Source: Bdellovibrionales bacterium (lineage in GTDB: Bacteria; Bdellovibrionota; Bdellovibrionia; Bdellovibrionales; UBA1609). From it: a stretch of 64,000 nucleotides of DNA. Where the stretch lies: the NCBI GenBank assembly GCA_965199825.1, contig OZ241329.1, positions 1,568,001 through 1,632,000 on the forward strand. Reading direction: 5' to 3'. A program made the translations under genes and the position numbers. The notes beneath the pieces are model-generated. The model was not told where the DNA came from, made no database searches, and worked only from the letters and a program-made list of their open reading frames with translations. Shown here piece after piece: positions 38,068-48,866 of the stretch. The number at the start of each line of letters is the position of its first letter. Position 1 is the first letter of the stretch.

Positions 38068-39132
38068 ATGTCTGATGATCAGGGTGAAAGAACCGAAGAG
38101 GCCACGCAGCAGCGAAGAGATGATTTTCGCAAGCGGGGCCAAGTTGCCCAAACAAAAGAATTAGGGTCGGTCTTTTTACTCTTTGGATCGCTGATGTCGA
38201 TCTGGCTTCTTGGCCGATTTTTCTTGATGCAATTTTCTGAGATTTTTAATCGCTCCTTTACCGAATTCTTTTTAAAAGCGGCAAGACAAAACGAATGGGT
38301 TCCGGCAGGAATTTATGCGCTCGAAAAAATAGCGCTGCTTGTTGTGCCTTTGAGTGTTGTTTTTTGGTTGATGGCTTTTGCCTCAAGTGTTGTGCAAACT
38401 GGTTTTATGTATAACGAAGAAGCATTTGATTGGGATTTAAATAAACTCAATCCACTTGAAGGTTTAAAGAAGATCGCAAGCTTTAGATCTCTTGTTGAGG
38501 GCGGAAAGTCTTTCGCTAAGTTACTGATCATCGGTTTTATTGTTTATTTACTTTTAAAGCGTGAGGCGATGCGCATCCCTCACTTGATGAATTATTCGAT
38601 CGAGCAAATTTTTAATTACCTTGGTTCACTGATTGGAAAATTGCTTGGCGGAGTGGCCGGCTTTATGGCGGTGCTTGCGGGTGCGGATTATTTTTTTCAA
38701 CGTTGGGATTTGGAAAAAAAGATGCGCATGACCAAGCAAGAAATTAAAGAAGAGCACAAATCGCGCGAAGGGGATCCGATGATTAAATCACGGATTCGCC
38801 GAATTCAGCGCGAGATGGCGGGCAAGCGGATGATGAAGGAAGTGCCCAAGGCCGACGTCATCGTGACCAATCCAACCCATATTGCGATTGCATTAAAATA
38901 CGATGAAACGATGGCCGCTCCTCGTGTGATTGCCAAAGGTGCGGGCCTGATTGCCGAAAAAATTCGGGCGATCGCAAAAGAAAATGGAATTCCATTGGTC
39001 GAAAATAAACCTCTGGCTCGCACCATGTTTAAAACAATCAAAGTGGGCCATAGTATTCCGCGCGAACTGTATAACGCCGTAGCCGAAGTTTTATCTTATG
39101 TTTACAAATTAAAACGGAGAGGTCGGCGCTAA
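38068..39132 (+). CDS. flhB: Flagellar export protein FlhB
   Basis: ERTEEAT, EGDP, TNPTH autocleavage motif. Confidence 0.99.
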   Translation: MSDDQGERTEEATQQRRDDFRKRGQVAQTKELGSVFLLFGSLMSIWLLGRFFLMQFSEIFNRSFTEFFLKAARQNEWVPAGIYALEKIALLVVPLSVVFWLMAFASSVVQTGFMYNEEAFDWDLNKLNPLEGLKKIASFRSLVEGGKSFAKLLIIGFIVYLLLKREAMRIPHLMNYSIEQIFNYLGSLIGKLLGGVAGFMAVLAGADYFFQRWDLEKKMRMTKQEIKEEHKSREGDPMIKSRIRRIQREMAGKRMMKEVPKADVIVTNPTHIAIALKYDETMAAPRVIAKGAGLIAEKIRAIAKENGIPLVENKPLARTMFKTIKVGHSIPRELYNAVAEVLSYVYKLKRRGRR

Positions 39133-41226
39133 ATGGATGCTCTTTTTCAGTTCGCCAAGCGCTTTGAGAAGTACACAAAAAATACCGATCTGATGATCGC
39201 AGTGGGTTTACTTGCCATTTTGGCGGTGATGCTGATTCCATTGCCACCGGTGTTGCTTGATTTAAGTTTAACAATTTCGCTCGCCATGTCGCTCTTGATT
39301 TTGCTTGTGGCAATCTATGTAAAGCGGGCAACCGAATTTAGTGTATTCCCAAGTTTGCTGTTGATGACAACTTTGTTTCGTTTGTCATTGAACGTTGCAA
39401 CCACTCGACTCATTTTGTCCGAAGGTCACCGAGGGCCTGAAGCTGTGGGTCAAGTGATTCATGCTTTTGGAAATTTCGTAGTAGGCAACAATTATGTGAT
39501 CGGCATGATTGTGTTTGTGATTCTCGTGGTGATCAACTTTATCGTAATCACCAAAGGTTCTGGTCGTGTGGCCGAAGTTGCAGCTCGATTTACCTTGGAT
39601 GCAATGCCAGGTAAACAAATGTCGATTGATGCTGATCTCAACGCCGGTTTAATCAACGAGACCGATGCCCGCAAACGTCGTCGCGAAATCGAAGCCGAAG
39701 CCGATTTTTATGGGGCCATGGATGGTGCGAGCAAGTTTGTTCGCGGAGATGCGATTGCCGGGATCATCATCACATTGATCAACGTGGTAGGCGGACTCGC
39801 CATCGGTATGTTGCAAAAAGGTCTCGATATTTCGACTGCTGCAAAGTACTACACCATGCTCACCATCGGGGATGGCATCGTCACCCAAATTCCTGCGCTG
39901 ATCGTGTCAACCGCAGCCGGTGTTGTGGTCACACGCACAGGTTCAGAAACCGATATCGGTACAGAAATTTCGGCTCAGTTATTTGTAAGACCTCGAGCCC
40001 TTTATATTGTTTCGGCAGTACTTGGACTTTTAGGTTTAATACCTGGTCTCCCAAAAATTCCGTTTTTTGTAATTTCGGCTTTACTTGGTGGGATGGCCTA
40101 TTTTGTTGCCCGCACCCAAGAAGATAAAAAACTGGCTGATGAAAAAACCGAAGTCGAAAAAACCAGAAAGCCCGCAAAAGAAAATGTCGAAGGTCTTTTG
40201 CCTTTAGACTTAATCGAACTCGAAGTGGGTTATGCTTTGATCAGCGTGGTTGAAAGCGATCAGTCAGGTGATTTACTCGAGCGCATTGTGAGTATCAGAA
40301 AACAATTCGCACTGGATTTAGGCATCGTTGTCCCAAGCATTCATATCCGCGACAACTTGCAATTAGATCCCGGGGAATATCGTTTACTTATTAAAGGAAA
40401 CCGCGTTGGCGGGGGTCAACTCCGAGCCGAATCGATGCTGGCGATGGATCCCGGAAATGTCATCGACCGTATTGATGGCACTCCAACCAAAGAGCCCGCA
40501 TTTGGTCTTGATGCCTTATGGATTTCAAAACAACAAAAAGAAGAAGCCGAAATGGCAGGCTACACCGTTGTCGATTTACCAACTGTAATGGCCACACACA
40601 TTACCGAAATTGTTCGCACACATGCTCACGAATTGTTGGGACGCCAAGAGGCCGACACACTGATTGCTAATTTTAAAAAGAATTATCCAAAAGTGGTGGA
40701 AGAATTGATTCCCGATCTTTTGCCGTTTGGATCTGTGGTGCGTGTTTTACAAAATCTTTTGCGCGAGCAAATTTCGGTGCGCGATCTTTTAACCATTTTT
40801 GAAACACTCGCAGACGAAGCCCAAAAAACCAAAGACACCGAGATCCTCACCGAGTCGGTCCGTAAAGCAATGGCCCGCAGTATCACGGCCAAATTTGCCA
40901 ACGACGGCAAAGTGCAAGTGATCACACTTGAGCCACGCTTTGAAGAGTTGATCGCAAACTCTCTGATTCAAACCGAGCAGGGTGTGCAATTGGTGATGGA
41001 CCCACGTATGGCCCAAGAACTTTTAAGCCGAATTGCAAAAGCCCTTGAGATTCATCCCGAAATTGCGGCGCAACCATTACTGATGGTGAGCCCAACGGCA
41101 CGAAGGCATTTATTTAAACTCACTTCGCGATTTATTCCTCAGCTCGTCGTGCTCTCACACGGTGAAATCGCAAGTGATGCAAGAATATCGTCTGTAGGAA
41201 TGGTGGAGATGTCCGATGCAGGTTAA
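39133..41226 (+). CDS. flhA: Flagellar export protein FlhA
   Basis: RVAEVAARFTLDAMPGKQMSIDADL, FYGAMDGASKFVRGDAIAG. Confidence 0.99.
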   Translation: MDALFQFAKRFEKYTKNTDLMIAVGLLAILAVMLIPLPPVLLDLSLTISLAMSLLILLVAIYVKRATEFSVFPSLLLMTTLFRLSLNVATTRLILSEGHRGPEAVGQVIHAFGNFVVGNNYVIGMIVFVILVVINFIVITKGSGRVAEVAARFTLDAMPGKQMSIDADLNAGLINETDARKRRREIEAEADFYGAMDGASKFVRGDAIAGIIITLINVVGGLAIGMLQKGLDISTAAKYYTMLTIGDGIVTQIPALIVSTAAGVVVTRTGSETDIGTEISAQLFVRPRALYIVSAVLGLLGLIPGLPKIPFFVISALLGGMAYFVARTQEDKKLADEKTEVEKTRKPAKENVEGLLPLDLIELEVGYALISVVESDQSGDLLERIVSIRKQFALDLGIVVPSIHIRDNLQLDPGEYRLLIKGNRVGGGQLRAESMLAMDPGNVIDRIDGTPTKEPAFGLDALWISKQQKEEAEMAGYTVVDLPTVMATHITEIVRTHAHELLGRQEADTLIANFKKNYPKVVEELIPDLLPFGSVVRVLQNLLREQISVRDLLTIFETLADEAQKTKDTEILTESVRKAMARSITAKFANDGKVQVITLEPRFEELIANSLIQTEQGVQLVMDPRMAQELLSRIAKALEIHPEIAAQPLLMVSPTARRHLFKLTSRFIPQLVVLSHGEIASDARISSVGMVEMSDAG

Positions 41227-42604
41227 AAAGTTTGAAGCAAAAACAATGAAAGAAGCTTTAGAGATGGTCAAAGCCCATCTTGGTCCTGAAGCAATTATTT
41301 TGTCAGCCAAAGACAACAGCAAAAGTTATGGTTTGATGGGACAAAAAAGTGTTGAAGTCACCGCCGCAGTTTCAGAAGAAATCTTGCGCCGAAAGAACTT
41401 AGCCGAAAGCAAACTGAGCGCGGTCGATAAAACTCGCTATCAACAAAGCTCGGCCCAAGCCCAAAAGAAATTTATCGAAAAAGCGGCGAGACCTCCACAA
41501 AATGTCACACCCATTCGCCAAACCACACAGCAGCGCTACGTGGATATCGAAGAGGCTCCTGTTCAACAAGCTTCACCGCGTGGATATGAAACTCAAATGG
41601 CTCGTGCACGAATCAAAAGTGCCGCGCGCCAAGCGTATCATGCAGGCCTTGAGACCATGACCCAACCTCGAGCAAAAGAAAATAACAACGAGATCGTGGC
41701 GCTCAAAAATGAAATTCAAAATTTAAAATCATTGCTCGATAAATTTAAAAACGTTCCCCAAAACTTTTTAAATCTTCATCCCGGCGCGGATCGTGGAGTT
41801 CCGTTTGAGCTCACTGGAACCTTTGCCAAGCTTGTGCGCTCTGGATTGTCTGAAGACAATGTGGTCGAGATTCTTCGTTTAGCAGAACAAAATCTCACCC
41901 CAGAAGAAATCAAAAAACCCGCTCATCTCGAGGCGTGGCTTGTTCAATTTTTATTACAAAACTTAAAAGTGACACAAAATCGCACGCGCGGATTTTACCA
42001 CGTCTTTGTGGGTCCCGCAGGACAAGGCAAAACCTCAAGCCTCGTCAAGTTTGCAAGTCAGCTCGTGATTCATGATCGCAAAAAAATTGCGATCGCCACT
42101 TTAGACTCTTTTAAAGTGGGTGCGGCTGAGCAGTTAAAAATTTATGCTCAGATTTTGAATGTGCCCTTTGCAGTGATTAAAGATACCAACGACTGGCACA
42201 CTCTTGATTCTAAACTGAATCAGTTTGATCATGTGCTAGTGGATGCTCCGGGCTTTCAACTCAAAAACGCTGATGAAATTCGTTGGCTCAGCGAACGATT
42301 GCCACCACAAAAAGATTCGGGCCGTGTGATCCATTACGTTCAATCGCTCTTATCAAAAGACGAAGGGGCCTTTGAGATTGCCGAGCGCTACAAAGTTTTG
42401 GATTTCCAAGACACCATTGTGACCAATCTTGATGAGTCGGCTCAACATGGATTGATTTATAATTTTCAAAAGCGCTTTCAAACTCCTCTTCATTCTTTTG
42501 GTATTGGATCAAAGATGCCCGAAGATTTTGAGGCCGCGAGTAAAGAGCGTGTTGTCGATTTAATTTTTAAAATTTCTCGTATCAAGAAAGGTTTAGCATC
42601 ATGA
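41216..42604 (+). CDS. flhF: Flagellar biosynthesis GTPase FlhF
   Basis: MQVKKFEA..ALEMVK..LG.EAIILS; GPAGQGKTS; AAEQLKIYA; PEDF. Confidence 0.95.
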   Translation: MQVKKFEAKTMKEALEMVKAHLGPEAIILSAKDNSKSYGLMGQKSVEVTAAVSEEILRRKNLAESKLSAVDKTRYQQSSAQAQKKFIEKAARPPQNVTPIRQTTQQRYVDIEEAPVQQASPRGYETQMARARIKSAARQAYHAGLETMTQPRAKENNNEIVALKNEIQNLKSLLDKFKNVPQNFLNLHPGADRGVPFELTGTFAKLVRSGLSEDNVVEILRLAEQNLTPEEIKKPAHLEAWLVQFLLQNLKVTQNRTRGFYHVFVGPAGQGKTSSLVKFASQLVIHDRKKIAIATLDSFKVGAAEQLKIYAQILNVPFAVIKDTNDWHTLDSKLNQFDHVLVDAPGFQLKNADEIRWLSERLPPQKDSGRVIHYVQSLLSKDEGAFEIAERYKVLDFQDTIVTNLDESAQHGLIYNFQKRFQTPLHSFGIGSKMPEDFEAASKERVVDLIFKISRIKKGLAS

Positions 42605-43413
42605 ACTCGCAAAAAACAAAAACCATCAGCATCACTTCAGGAAAAGGCGGAGTGGGCAAATCGACATTTGTGGCTCACACCGCGGTTCAACTCGGTAAAC
42701 TCGGTCATCGGGTTTTGGTTTTAGACGGCGATTTAGGCATGGCTAATCTTGATATTATTTTTGGTGTGCGACCAAAACTCACATTAAGTGATGTGAACAA
42801 AGGTTTAGCCACAATCGAAGACATTTGTGTTGAGGTCGCTCCGAATGTGGATCTGTTACCAGGTGCAAGCGGAGTTTACGAATTACAAAATCTCAATGCT
42901 TTTCAAAAAAAATCGATTTTGGATCAAATCAGCGTTCTCGAAAAATCATACGACTACATGTTGATTGATACCGCACCCGGAATTGCCGATCATGTTTTAG
43001 ATTTAAATTCTGCCGCACAAGAAATTATTGTGGTGGTGACTCCGGACCCCTCAAGCATTGCCGATGCGTATGCCTTGATGAAGGTCTTGTATCAACGTCG
43101 ATCAGAAACTCGATTTAGTATTGTTTGTAACCTTGTGCGTGACGAAAATGATGCGAGCCAAATCTTTCGCAGGCTCAATGATGTGGCCGCTCGCTTTTTA
43201 CCAATCACACTGAATGATCGCGGTCATATCCTTGCGGATCCCGAATTGAGACGCTCAACACGGCTCCAGAAGCTTGTTTTTGAGGTCGCACCGTTTGCGC
43301 AGTCCAGTCTAGGTTTTAAACAGTTTTCCGAAAAACTGAGAAGTTCTAGCGAAGTGCAACCCATCAAAGGGGGCCTCCAGTTTTTTTGGATGCAGATGGC
43401 TGGCGTCGCTTAG
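42601..43413 (+). CDS. flhG: MinD/ParA-family flagellar number regulator FlhG/FleN
   Basis: TSGKGGVGKS, DGDLGMANLD, IDTAPG, PDPSSIADAYALMK. Confidence 0.93.
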   Translation: MNSQKTKTISITSGKGGVGKSTFVAHTAVQLGKLGHRVLVLDGDLGMANLDIIFGVRPKLTLSDVNKGLATIEDICVEVAPNVDLLPGASGVYELQNLNAFQKKSILDQISVLEKSYDYMLIDTAPGIADHVLDLNSAAQEIIVVVTPDPSSIADAYALMKVLYQRRSETRFSIVCNLVRDENDASQIFRRLNDVAARFLPITLNDRGHILADPELRRSTRLQKLVFEVAPFAQSSLGFKQFSEKLRSSSEVQPIKGGLQFFWMQMAGVA

Positions 43414-43481
43414 TCAAAATGGACTTCTGAATTGATTCTCGTTTTGATAGAATAGGTAATGAGGGTGAGGGCAAGCGCGCA

Positions 43482-44276
43482 ATGGCAATAAATCAAAAAG
43501 ATTCTTCGTTACTACGAAAGTATAAAGAAGAGCCATCAAAGGTATCAGCAGATCAAAAAGATAAGCTGATCATGGAGTATGCTCCACTCATAAAATTTAT
43601 CGCCCAAAAGATAGCCGTGCGTTTGCCATCGAATATCGAACTCGATGATTTGATTTCAAGCGGTGTGATTGGTTTGATGGATGCCATCGAAAAATATGAT
43701 CCCACCCGCGACAATAAATTTAAAACCTATGCTGAATTTCGTATTCGTGGATCGATCCTTGATGAGTTGCGAGCCCAAGACTGGGTGCCTCGCTCGGTGC
43801 GCGACAAGGCCAAGATGCTTGATCGCACGGTGATTGAACTCGAAGCCGAACTCGGTCGCACGGTGACCGATGAAGAAGTGTGTGAGCGCTTAAAGATCAC
43901 GATGGATGACTTTCATGATCTGGTGAACCAAGTGCGCCCCGTGAGCCTCTTATCGATTGATGATGCCGCCACATTTTCAAACGTCGATAAAAAATCGATC
44001 TTAAATATTTTAGAGGGGACCAAGTACAACAACCCCTACAACCAACTCAACATCAAAAGTGTAAAATCGATTGTTGCAAAAGCGATCGAAGATTTACCCG
44101 AGCGCCAAAAGCTTGTTTTATCACTTTATTATTTTGAAGATTTAAATCTAAAAGAAATCGGCAAAATTTTGCGCGTCACCGAATCGCGCGTCTCACAACT
44201 TCACGCCCAAGCGATCACTCGCCTGCGCGCAAAGCTGATTCAAAATTTCGAAGAACAAGAACTCGAAGCGGTTTAA
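43482..44276 (+). CDS. fliA: RNA polymerase sigma-28 factor
   Basis: RLPSNIELDDL, FKTYAEFRIRG, DWVPRSVR, TESRVSQLH. Confidence 0.98.
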   Translation: MAINQKDSSLLRKYKEEPSKVSADQKDKLIMEYAPLIKFIAQKIAVRLPSNIELDDLISSGVIGLMDAIEKYDPTRDNKFKTYAEFRIRGSILDELRAQDWVPRSVRDKAKMLDRTVIELEAELGRTVTDEEVCERLKITMDDFHDLVNQVRPVSLLSIDDAATFSNVDKKSILNILEGTKYNNPYNQLNIKSVKSIVAKAIEDLPERQKLVLSLYYFEDLNLKEIGKILRVTESRVSQLHAQAITRLRAKLIQNFEEQELEAV

Positions 44277-44992
44277 CGCAATCTGTCCTCGACAAAACGC
44301 TTCATATCACTTTGTTCTTTCAGCGACATATTAGGAATTCGTTCGTTTCCGAATAATCTCAAAACTTGTAACATCACAAATGCTGTATGTTGCAGATCCC
44401 TGGGTTCAATCGAATCAAAAAGTGGAGTTGCAATCACGTTTTTAAAGCTTGCTCGCAAACAATCAAGAATCACTTCTTTTGAAGCATTTGGATCGTTGAA
44501 TTGGGCATCACAACTTAAACATGAAACAGTGCCTCGGCTAAAATCACGCTCGGTTACCACAGGTAGGAGCTTCGTGGGCAGAGGCGGACATCTTGGGTTG
44601 GATTCCGAGAGTTTTGGATATTGGTAGGTGTGATAGCTACAAAAATATCTGTATTTTGTGTTGATGGAGCCTGTTGAGCGTTCGTGGGTGGGTTGATCAT
44701 AAATTGGAGCGGGTTGAATGATTAACTCAACTCTGAGTCCATCTGCCCGACCTTTTGGCAATTGATTAAATTGTTCTTCCATAATTTTACAAACATCGTG
44801 GGGACGATCACGAATTTCATCTGTTGCTATTTCGCGGTCCTCAATGACAACCGGCTGAGCCATGTAGTCATAAGCATTCCCTTGAGCCTGACACACACCA
44901 TAAGGCACAGTATAATAAGTCGACTCACATAAAGAATCCGCCGCCTGCGCGCTCATGCCTACCAAACTAAACAATAAGATAATTTTTTTCAT
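44273..44992 (-). CDS. Hypothetical secreted Cys-rich protein
   Basis: MKKIILLFSLVGMSAQA signal peptide; 8 Cys including CLSC. Confidence 0.75.
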   Translation of the reverse strand: MKKIILLFSLVGMSAQAADSLCESTYYTVPYGVCQAQGNAYDYMAQPVVIEDREIATDEIRDRPHDVCKIMEEQFNQLPKGRADGLRVELIIQPAPIYDQPTHERSTGSINTKYRYFCSYHTYQYPKLSESNPRCPPLPTKLLPVVTERDFSRGTVSCLSCDAQFNDPNASKEVILDCLRASFKNVIATPLFDSIEPRDLQHTAFVMLQVLRLFGNERIPNMSLKEQSDMKRFVEDRLR

Positions 44993-45031
44993 ATTCACCC
45001 TTTTTAAAGACGAGTCATTCGTCTCTCAAGG

Positions 45032-45631
45032 CTACTGAGCAATTAAAAGGCCATCGCACATCAAAAAAACCGTGATGCGAAAATGCGGGTGGAGGTGTTT
45101 GCTGATCTCGATCAAATGATCTAAATCGGTTTTATTTGAAGCAAACCAATACCACTGCTGTCCATGCTTGATCACAAGTTCGACACTCATCGGAGTGTTA
45201 AACCCAAACCGTTTTTTAATGGGTAGATCGATATAGGTTTTGTCTGTAGGAAACTGAGCGGCCACTGCCAGTCGAAAGATAAAATCCCTAAAATCTAAAA
45301 CCGACCACCTTAACGATTCCTGATTGCTATTGAGTTTTTGTGATTTTACAATTGTTGTACGGCCAAACTCAAAAATATGATTAAAAATGGTGTTGAGATC
45401 GTGATTTTGGTGATGAGCCAGTCGGGTTACTTTCCATAGAGCTTCTTCTATGGCGAGCTCAACCTCCGCTCCTGACTCGACTCCCACGGGAACCTCTTCA
45501 GCGATCGCAATCAGTGATTCAGATATTCCTGGATATTGGTGCTCGATGGTAGCGCCTAGCAGATTAAGGCATCCAAGTGAGGTTGCGGAAGCGTTCATCA
45601 TAAATAAAAAAAGTAGGGGTATCAAAATCAC
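45032..45631 (-). CDS. Hypothetical protein
   Basis: 199 aa ORF with signal-like N-terminus. Confidence 0.6.
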   Translation of the reverse strand: MILIPLLFLFMMNASATSLGCLNLLGATIEHQYPGISESLIAIAEEVPVGVESGAEVELAIEEALWKVTRLAHHQNHDLNTIFNHIFEFGRTTIVKSQKLNSNQESLRWSVLDFRDFIFRLAVAAQFPTDKTYIDLPIKKRFGFNTPMSVELVIKHGQQWYWFASNKTDLDHLIEISKHLHPHFRITVFLMCDGLLIAQ

Positions 45632-45639
45632 TCCGCTCG

Positions 45640-46554
45640 CTACTTTAAAACCGCAGTTTTAATTTTGCCAACCAATCGGGCTTCAACCTGTCTGACCGCT
45701 TCGCGAGTCACACCCCACGACTCACCAATATCTTGTAACGTCAGCGGCTCTTCTGAGAGCACGCGGTGTTCTAAGAGATACAGTTCGCGCTCACTTAATG
45801 AGGGTTTGATTCCTTCGATCTCGTTTTTTAGCAGCTCGATTTGCTCCGCTTTTTCGAGTTGATCATCGGGTGCAGCCTCTAAGCTTGCCGCTTGTAAATC
45901 CATTAGGGTCCCTGAGTCTTCATCACCTAAAGGCTGACTGAGCGACATGTCGCGACCACTCAAACGGCTCTGCATAGTGCGAATTTCATCTACCGAAATT
46001 CCTAGCTGCCCACTTAATTTTTTTAATCCCTCAGGGCCTGCACGCTCAAGTTGTTCGCGCTCACGTTGCAATTGATAAAAAAGTTTGCGCTGACTTTGGG
46101 TTGTTCCAATCCGCACCATCGAATATTGACGCATCAAAAATTCTTGGATGTATCCACGAATCCACCACACCGCATAGGTAATGAGGCGCACACCTTTATA
46201 AGGATTAAATTCCTTTACCGCATGCATCAGCCCCACATTGCCTTCTTGAATGAGGTCAATCAACTTTGCACCAAATTTGGAATATTCGGCGGCGACCTTG
46301 ACCACAAAACGCAAATTGGCGGTGACCAATCGTTCGGCCACATGAGCATCATGAGATTCGTAATACTCTTTGGCTAAACGCTCTTCTTCTTCACGAGTGA
46401 GGAGCGCATATCGACGAATCTCTGCCATATAACGGGTGACAGGATCAATGGTGGCAAGATTTTTATGCGCCTGGGGTATAGGAAGATCCTGATCAAAAAC
46501 AATCTCAGGATTCACGACCTTTAATTTCTTAGCGCGACCTTTTTTTTTGACCAT
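45640..46554 (-). CDS. rpoH: RpoH/sigma-32-family RNA polymerase sigma factor
   Basis: ANLRFVVKVA, DLIQEGNVGLMHAV, YAVWWIR, RpoH-box-like IGTTQSQRKLFY, TREAVRQVE. Confidence 0.9.
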   Translation of the reverse strand: MVKKKGRAKKLKVVNPEIVFDQDLPIPQAHKNLATIDPVTRYMAEIRRYALLTREEEERLAKEYYESHDAHVAERLVTANLRFVVKVAAEYSKFGAKLIDLIQEGNVGLMHAVKEFNPYKGVRLITYAVWWIRGYIQEFLMRQYSMVRIGTTQSQRKLFYQLQREREQLERAGPEGLKKLSGQLGISVDEIRTMQSRLSGRDMSLSQPLGDEDSGTLMDLQAASLEAAPDDQLEKAEQIELLKNEIEGIKPSLSERELYLLEHRVLSEEPLTLQDIGESWGVTREAVRQVEARLVGKIKTAVLK

Positions 46555-46859
46555 CAGGCCAACGCTTCATCAATTTTCTTTTCAAGTGTTTTTTGAACCA
46601 TGCCTTTGACTAAGGCCAAATGAAAAGGCAATTCCACAACGACTTCGACGCTTGATCCACCAGATGATTTTGTAATTTGCAGTTTTGCAGTAAAGAGTTT
46701 GCTTTTTGCTTCCCCACTCAAAGTTTTTTTTGAAAAATCACATTTGTAGTTGGGATCTAATTTTCGGAGTTCTTTGTCGTGATCAAGAAGTTTGGTGAGT
46801 CGCGAAAAAGACTCTTCGGCCTGATGATCTGACTGACGTGTTATTTTTATTGACGGCAT
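46554..46859 (-). CDS. Polyhydroxyalkanoic acid system (PHA granule region) family protein
   Basis: 101 aa, MPSIKI start, ..VELPFHLALVKGMVQKTLEKKIDEAL; TGATG overlap with the sigma gene. Confidence 0.65.
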   Translation of the reverse strand: MPSIKITRQSDHQAEESFSRLTKLLDHDKELRKLDPNYKCDFSKKTLSGEAKSKLFTAKLQITKSSGGSSVEVVVELPFHLALVKGMVQKTLEKKIDEALA

Positions 46860-46909
46860 GGAGCAGACGATATCTTGAAACCCCTCTCAAGTCATGAGAA
46901 AAGGCCTCT

Positions 46910-48688
46910 ATGTCATTTTTAAAAGAACTCAAAAGAACGCATTACTGTGGTGAATTAAATAAAGAACAAACCGGCAAAACTGTTGTGATTATGGGGTGGG
47001 TCGATTCTCGCCGCGATCATGGTGGGCTTGTGTTTGTCGATCTGCGCGACCGCGAGGGGATTGTTCAGGTTGTAATAAATCCTGGGCTCGAAGCAAATGA
47101 ATCGGCCAAAGGCATGCGCAGCGAGTGCGTTGTGGCAATTCAAGGTGTGGTGCGTGCTCGCCCTGAGGGCATGATCAACAAGAAAATTAAAACCGGCTTG
47201 ATCGAAATCGAATCCCTCAAATGCGAAATTTTATCTGAGGCCGAAACTCCACCCTTTCAAATCAGTGATTCAAAAGTCTCAGAGACTCTGCGCCTTAAAT
47301 ATCGTTACCTAGATTTACGATCTGAACGTCTTCAACATTATTTATTTACTCGCCATAAAATAGCCCAACTCGTCCGTTCCGAACTTTCGAACATGAAATT
47401 TGTCGAAGTCGAAACACCAATTTTATATAAAAGCACTCCAGAAGGAGCGCGCGATTATTTGGTTCCATCACGCGTGAACCAAGGTACGTTCTACGCTCTT
47501 CCCCAAAGTCCCCAAACTCTCAAACAACTTTTGATGATTGCTGGGTTTGATCGCTACTTTCAAATTGCCCGATGCTTTCGCGATGAAGATTTGCGCGCCG
47601 ATCGTCAGCCTGAATTTAGTCAGATTGATATCGAGATGAGCTTTATCGAAGAAGAAGACATTTTGAATATTAACGAAAAGCTTTTAAAAACAATTTGGAA
47701 GACAATTAAAAATGTAGATGTCGGTCCTGTCCAGCGTATGTCGTATGCCGAAGCGATGGAACGGTTTGGTTCAGACAAGCCCGACTTAAGAATTCCCTTA
47801 GAGTTAAAAGATCTTTCGTCTTTGTTTAAAGAGTCGAGCGGCTACAAAGTTTTTGATGATGTCGTCGGCCGTGGGGGAGTGGTCAAAGCTCTCGCTGTGC
47901 CAAAAGCCGGCGAAATTTCGCGCTCACAAATCGAAAAGATCACAGCTCTCGCCAAACAAATGGGCGCAAAAGGTTTAGGATTTATCAAATCCGAAAAAGG
48001 CTCGCTGAATGCGTCGATGGGCAAATTCTTTGCGCCAGAAAAAATCAGTGAGATGTATGCGCAAGCGGGCGGCGTCGACGGTGGAGCTGTATTTATCGTT
48101 GCCGATGATTTTGATATCGCATGCTCAGCACTCAGTATGCTCCGCACCCACTTTGGTCACGAGTACAAACTTGTTGATGAATCAAGTGATCGCTTTTTAT
48201 GGGTGATCGATTTTCCATTGCTCGAGTTTGATCGCGAACAAAAGCGGTGGTCTGCTCGGCATCATCCCTTTACCGCTCCCAAAGACGAGCATTTCGAAAT
48301 CTTGCGCGACCGAACCGAAAAAGAGTATGGCCAAGCCTTAGCTAAAGCCTACGATCTTGTCTGTAACGGATACGAGATCGCAGGCGGCAGCGTGCGGATC
48401 CATCGCCGCGATGTCCAGCAGACCATGTTTCAGGTGCTCGGCCTCACAGACGAAGAAATAAAAAACAAATTCGGATTTTTTATTGAGGCATTGAGCTATG
48501 GCACCCCACCCCATGGTGGGATTGCTTGGGGAATGGATCGACTTGTGATGCTCCTTGTCGGCACCGATGCGATTCGTGATGTGATTGCCTTTCCAAAAAC
48601 AGCTAAAGCTACCGACCTAATGGCGGATGCTCCGAGTTTGGTTTCGCGTGAGCAGCTGATTGAGTTGGGATTGCGGTTAAATAAATAA
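46910..48688 (+). CDS. aspS: Aspartate--tRNA ligase
   Basis: [51 protein letters not shown]. Confidence 0.99.
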   Translation: MSFLKELKRTHYCGELNKEQTGKTVVIMGWVDSRRDHGGLVFVDLRDREGIVQVVINPGLEANESAKGMRSECVVAIQGVVRARPEGMINKKIKTGLIEIESLKCEILSEAETPPFQISDSKVSETLRLKYRYLDLRSERLQHYLFTRHKIAQLVRSELSNMKFVEVETPILYKSTPEGARDYLVPSRVNQGTFYALPQSPQTLKQLLMIAGFDRYFQIARCFRDEDLRADRQPEFSQIDIEMSFIEEEDILNINEKLLKTIWKTIKNVDVGPVQRMSYAEAMERFGSDKPDLRIPLELKDLSSLFKESSGYKVFDDVVGRGGVVKALAVPKAGEISRSQIEKITALAKQMGAKGLGFIKSEKGSLNASMGKFFAPEKISEMYAQAGGVDGGAVFIVADDFDIACSALSMLRTHFGHEYKLVDESSDRFLWVIDFPLLEFDREQKRWSARHHPFTAPKDEHFEILRDRTEKEYGQALAKAYDLVCNGYEIAGGSVRIHRRDVQQTMFQVLGLTDEEIKNKFGFFIEALSYGTPPHGGIAWGMDRLVMLLVGTDAIRDVIAFPKTAKATDLMADAPSLVSREQLIELGLRLNK

Positions 48689-48691
48689 AGT

Positions 48692-48866
48692 TTAGTAGGG
48701 CGGCATTCCGCATTCGCCCTTGATTACGTCTTCGAACTTTTGAGTTTGGTATCGTTCGAGGCAGTCCTTTAAGAAATGGATATATTCCTTGGCTCCGTGA
48801 TCGGGTTTTGAATTAAGAATTGGGATTAAAGCATTATCGATTTCATAGCTCTCTTGGCTTAAGAGG
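48692..48866 (-). pseudogene. Out-of-frame diverged duplicate of the C-terminus of the upstream lipoprotein
   Basis: LIPILNSKPDHGAKEYIHFLKDCLERYQTQKFEDVIKGECGM versus VMPTFNSDQDRNEKDYIKILKDCLNRYQSESFEDVITGECGM. Confidence 0.8.
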
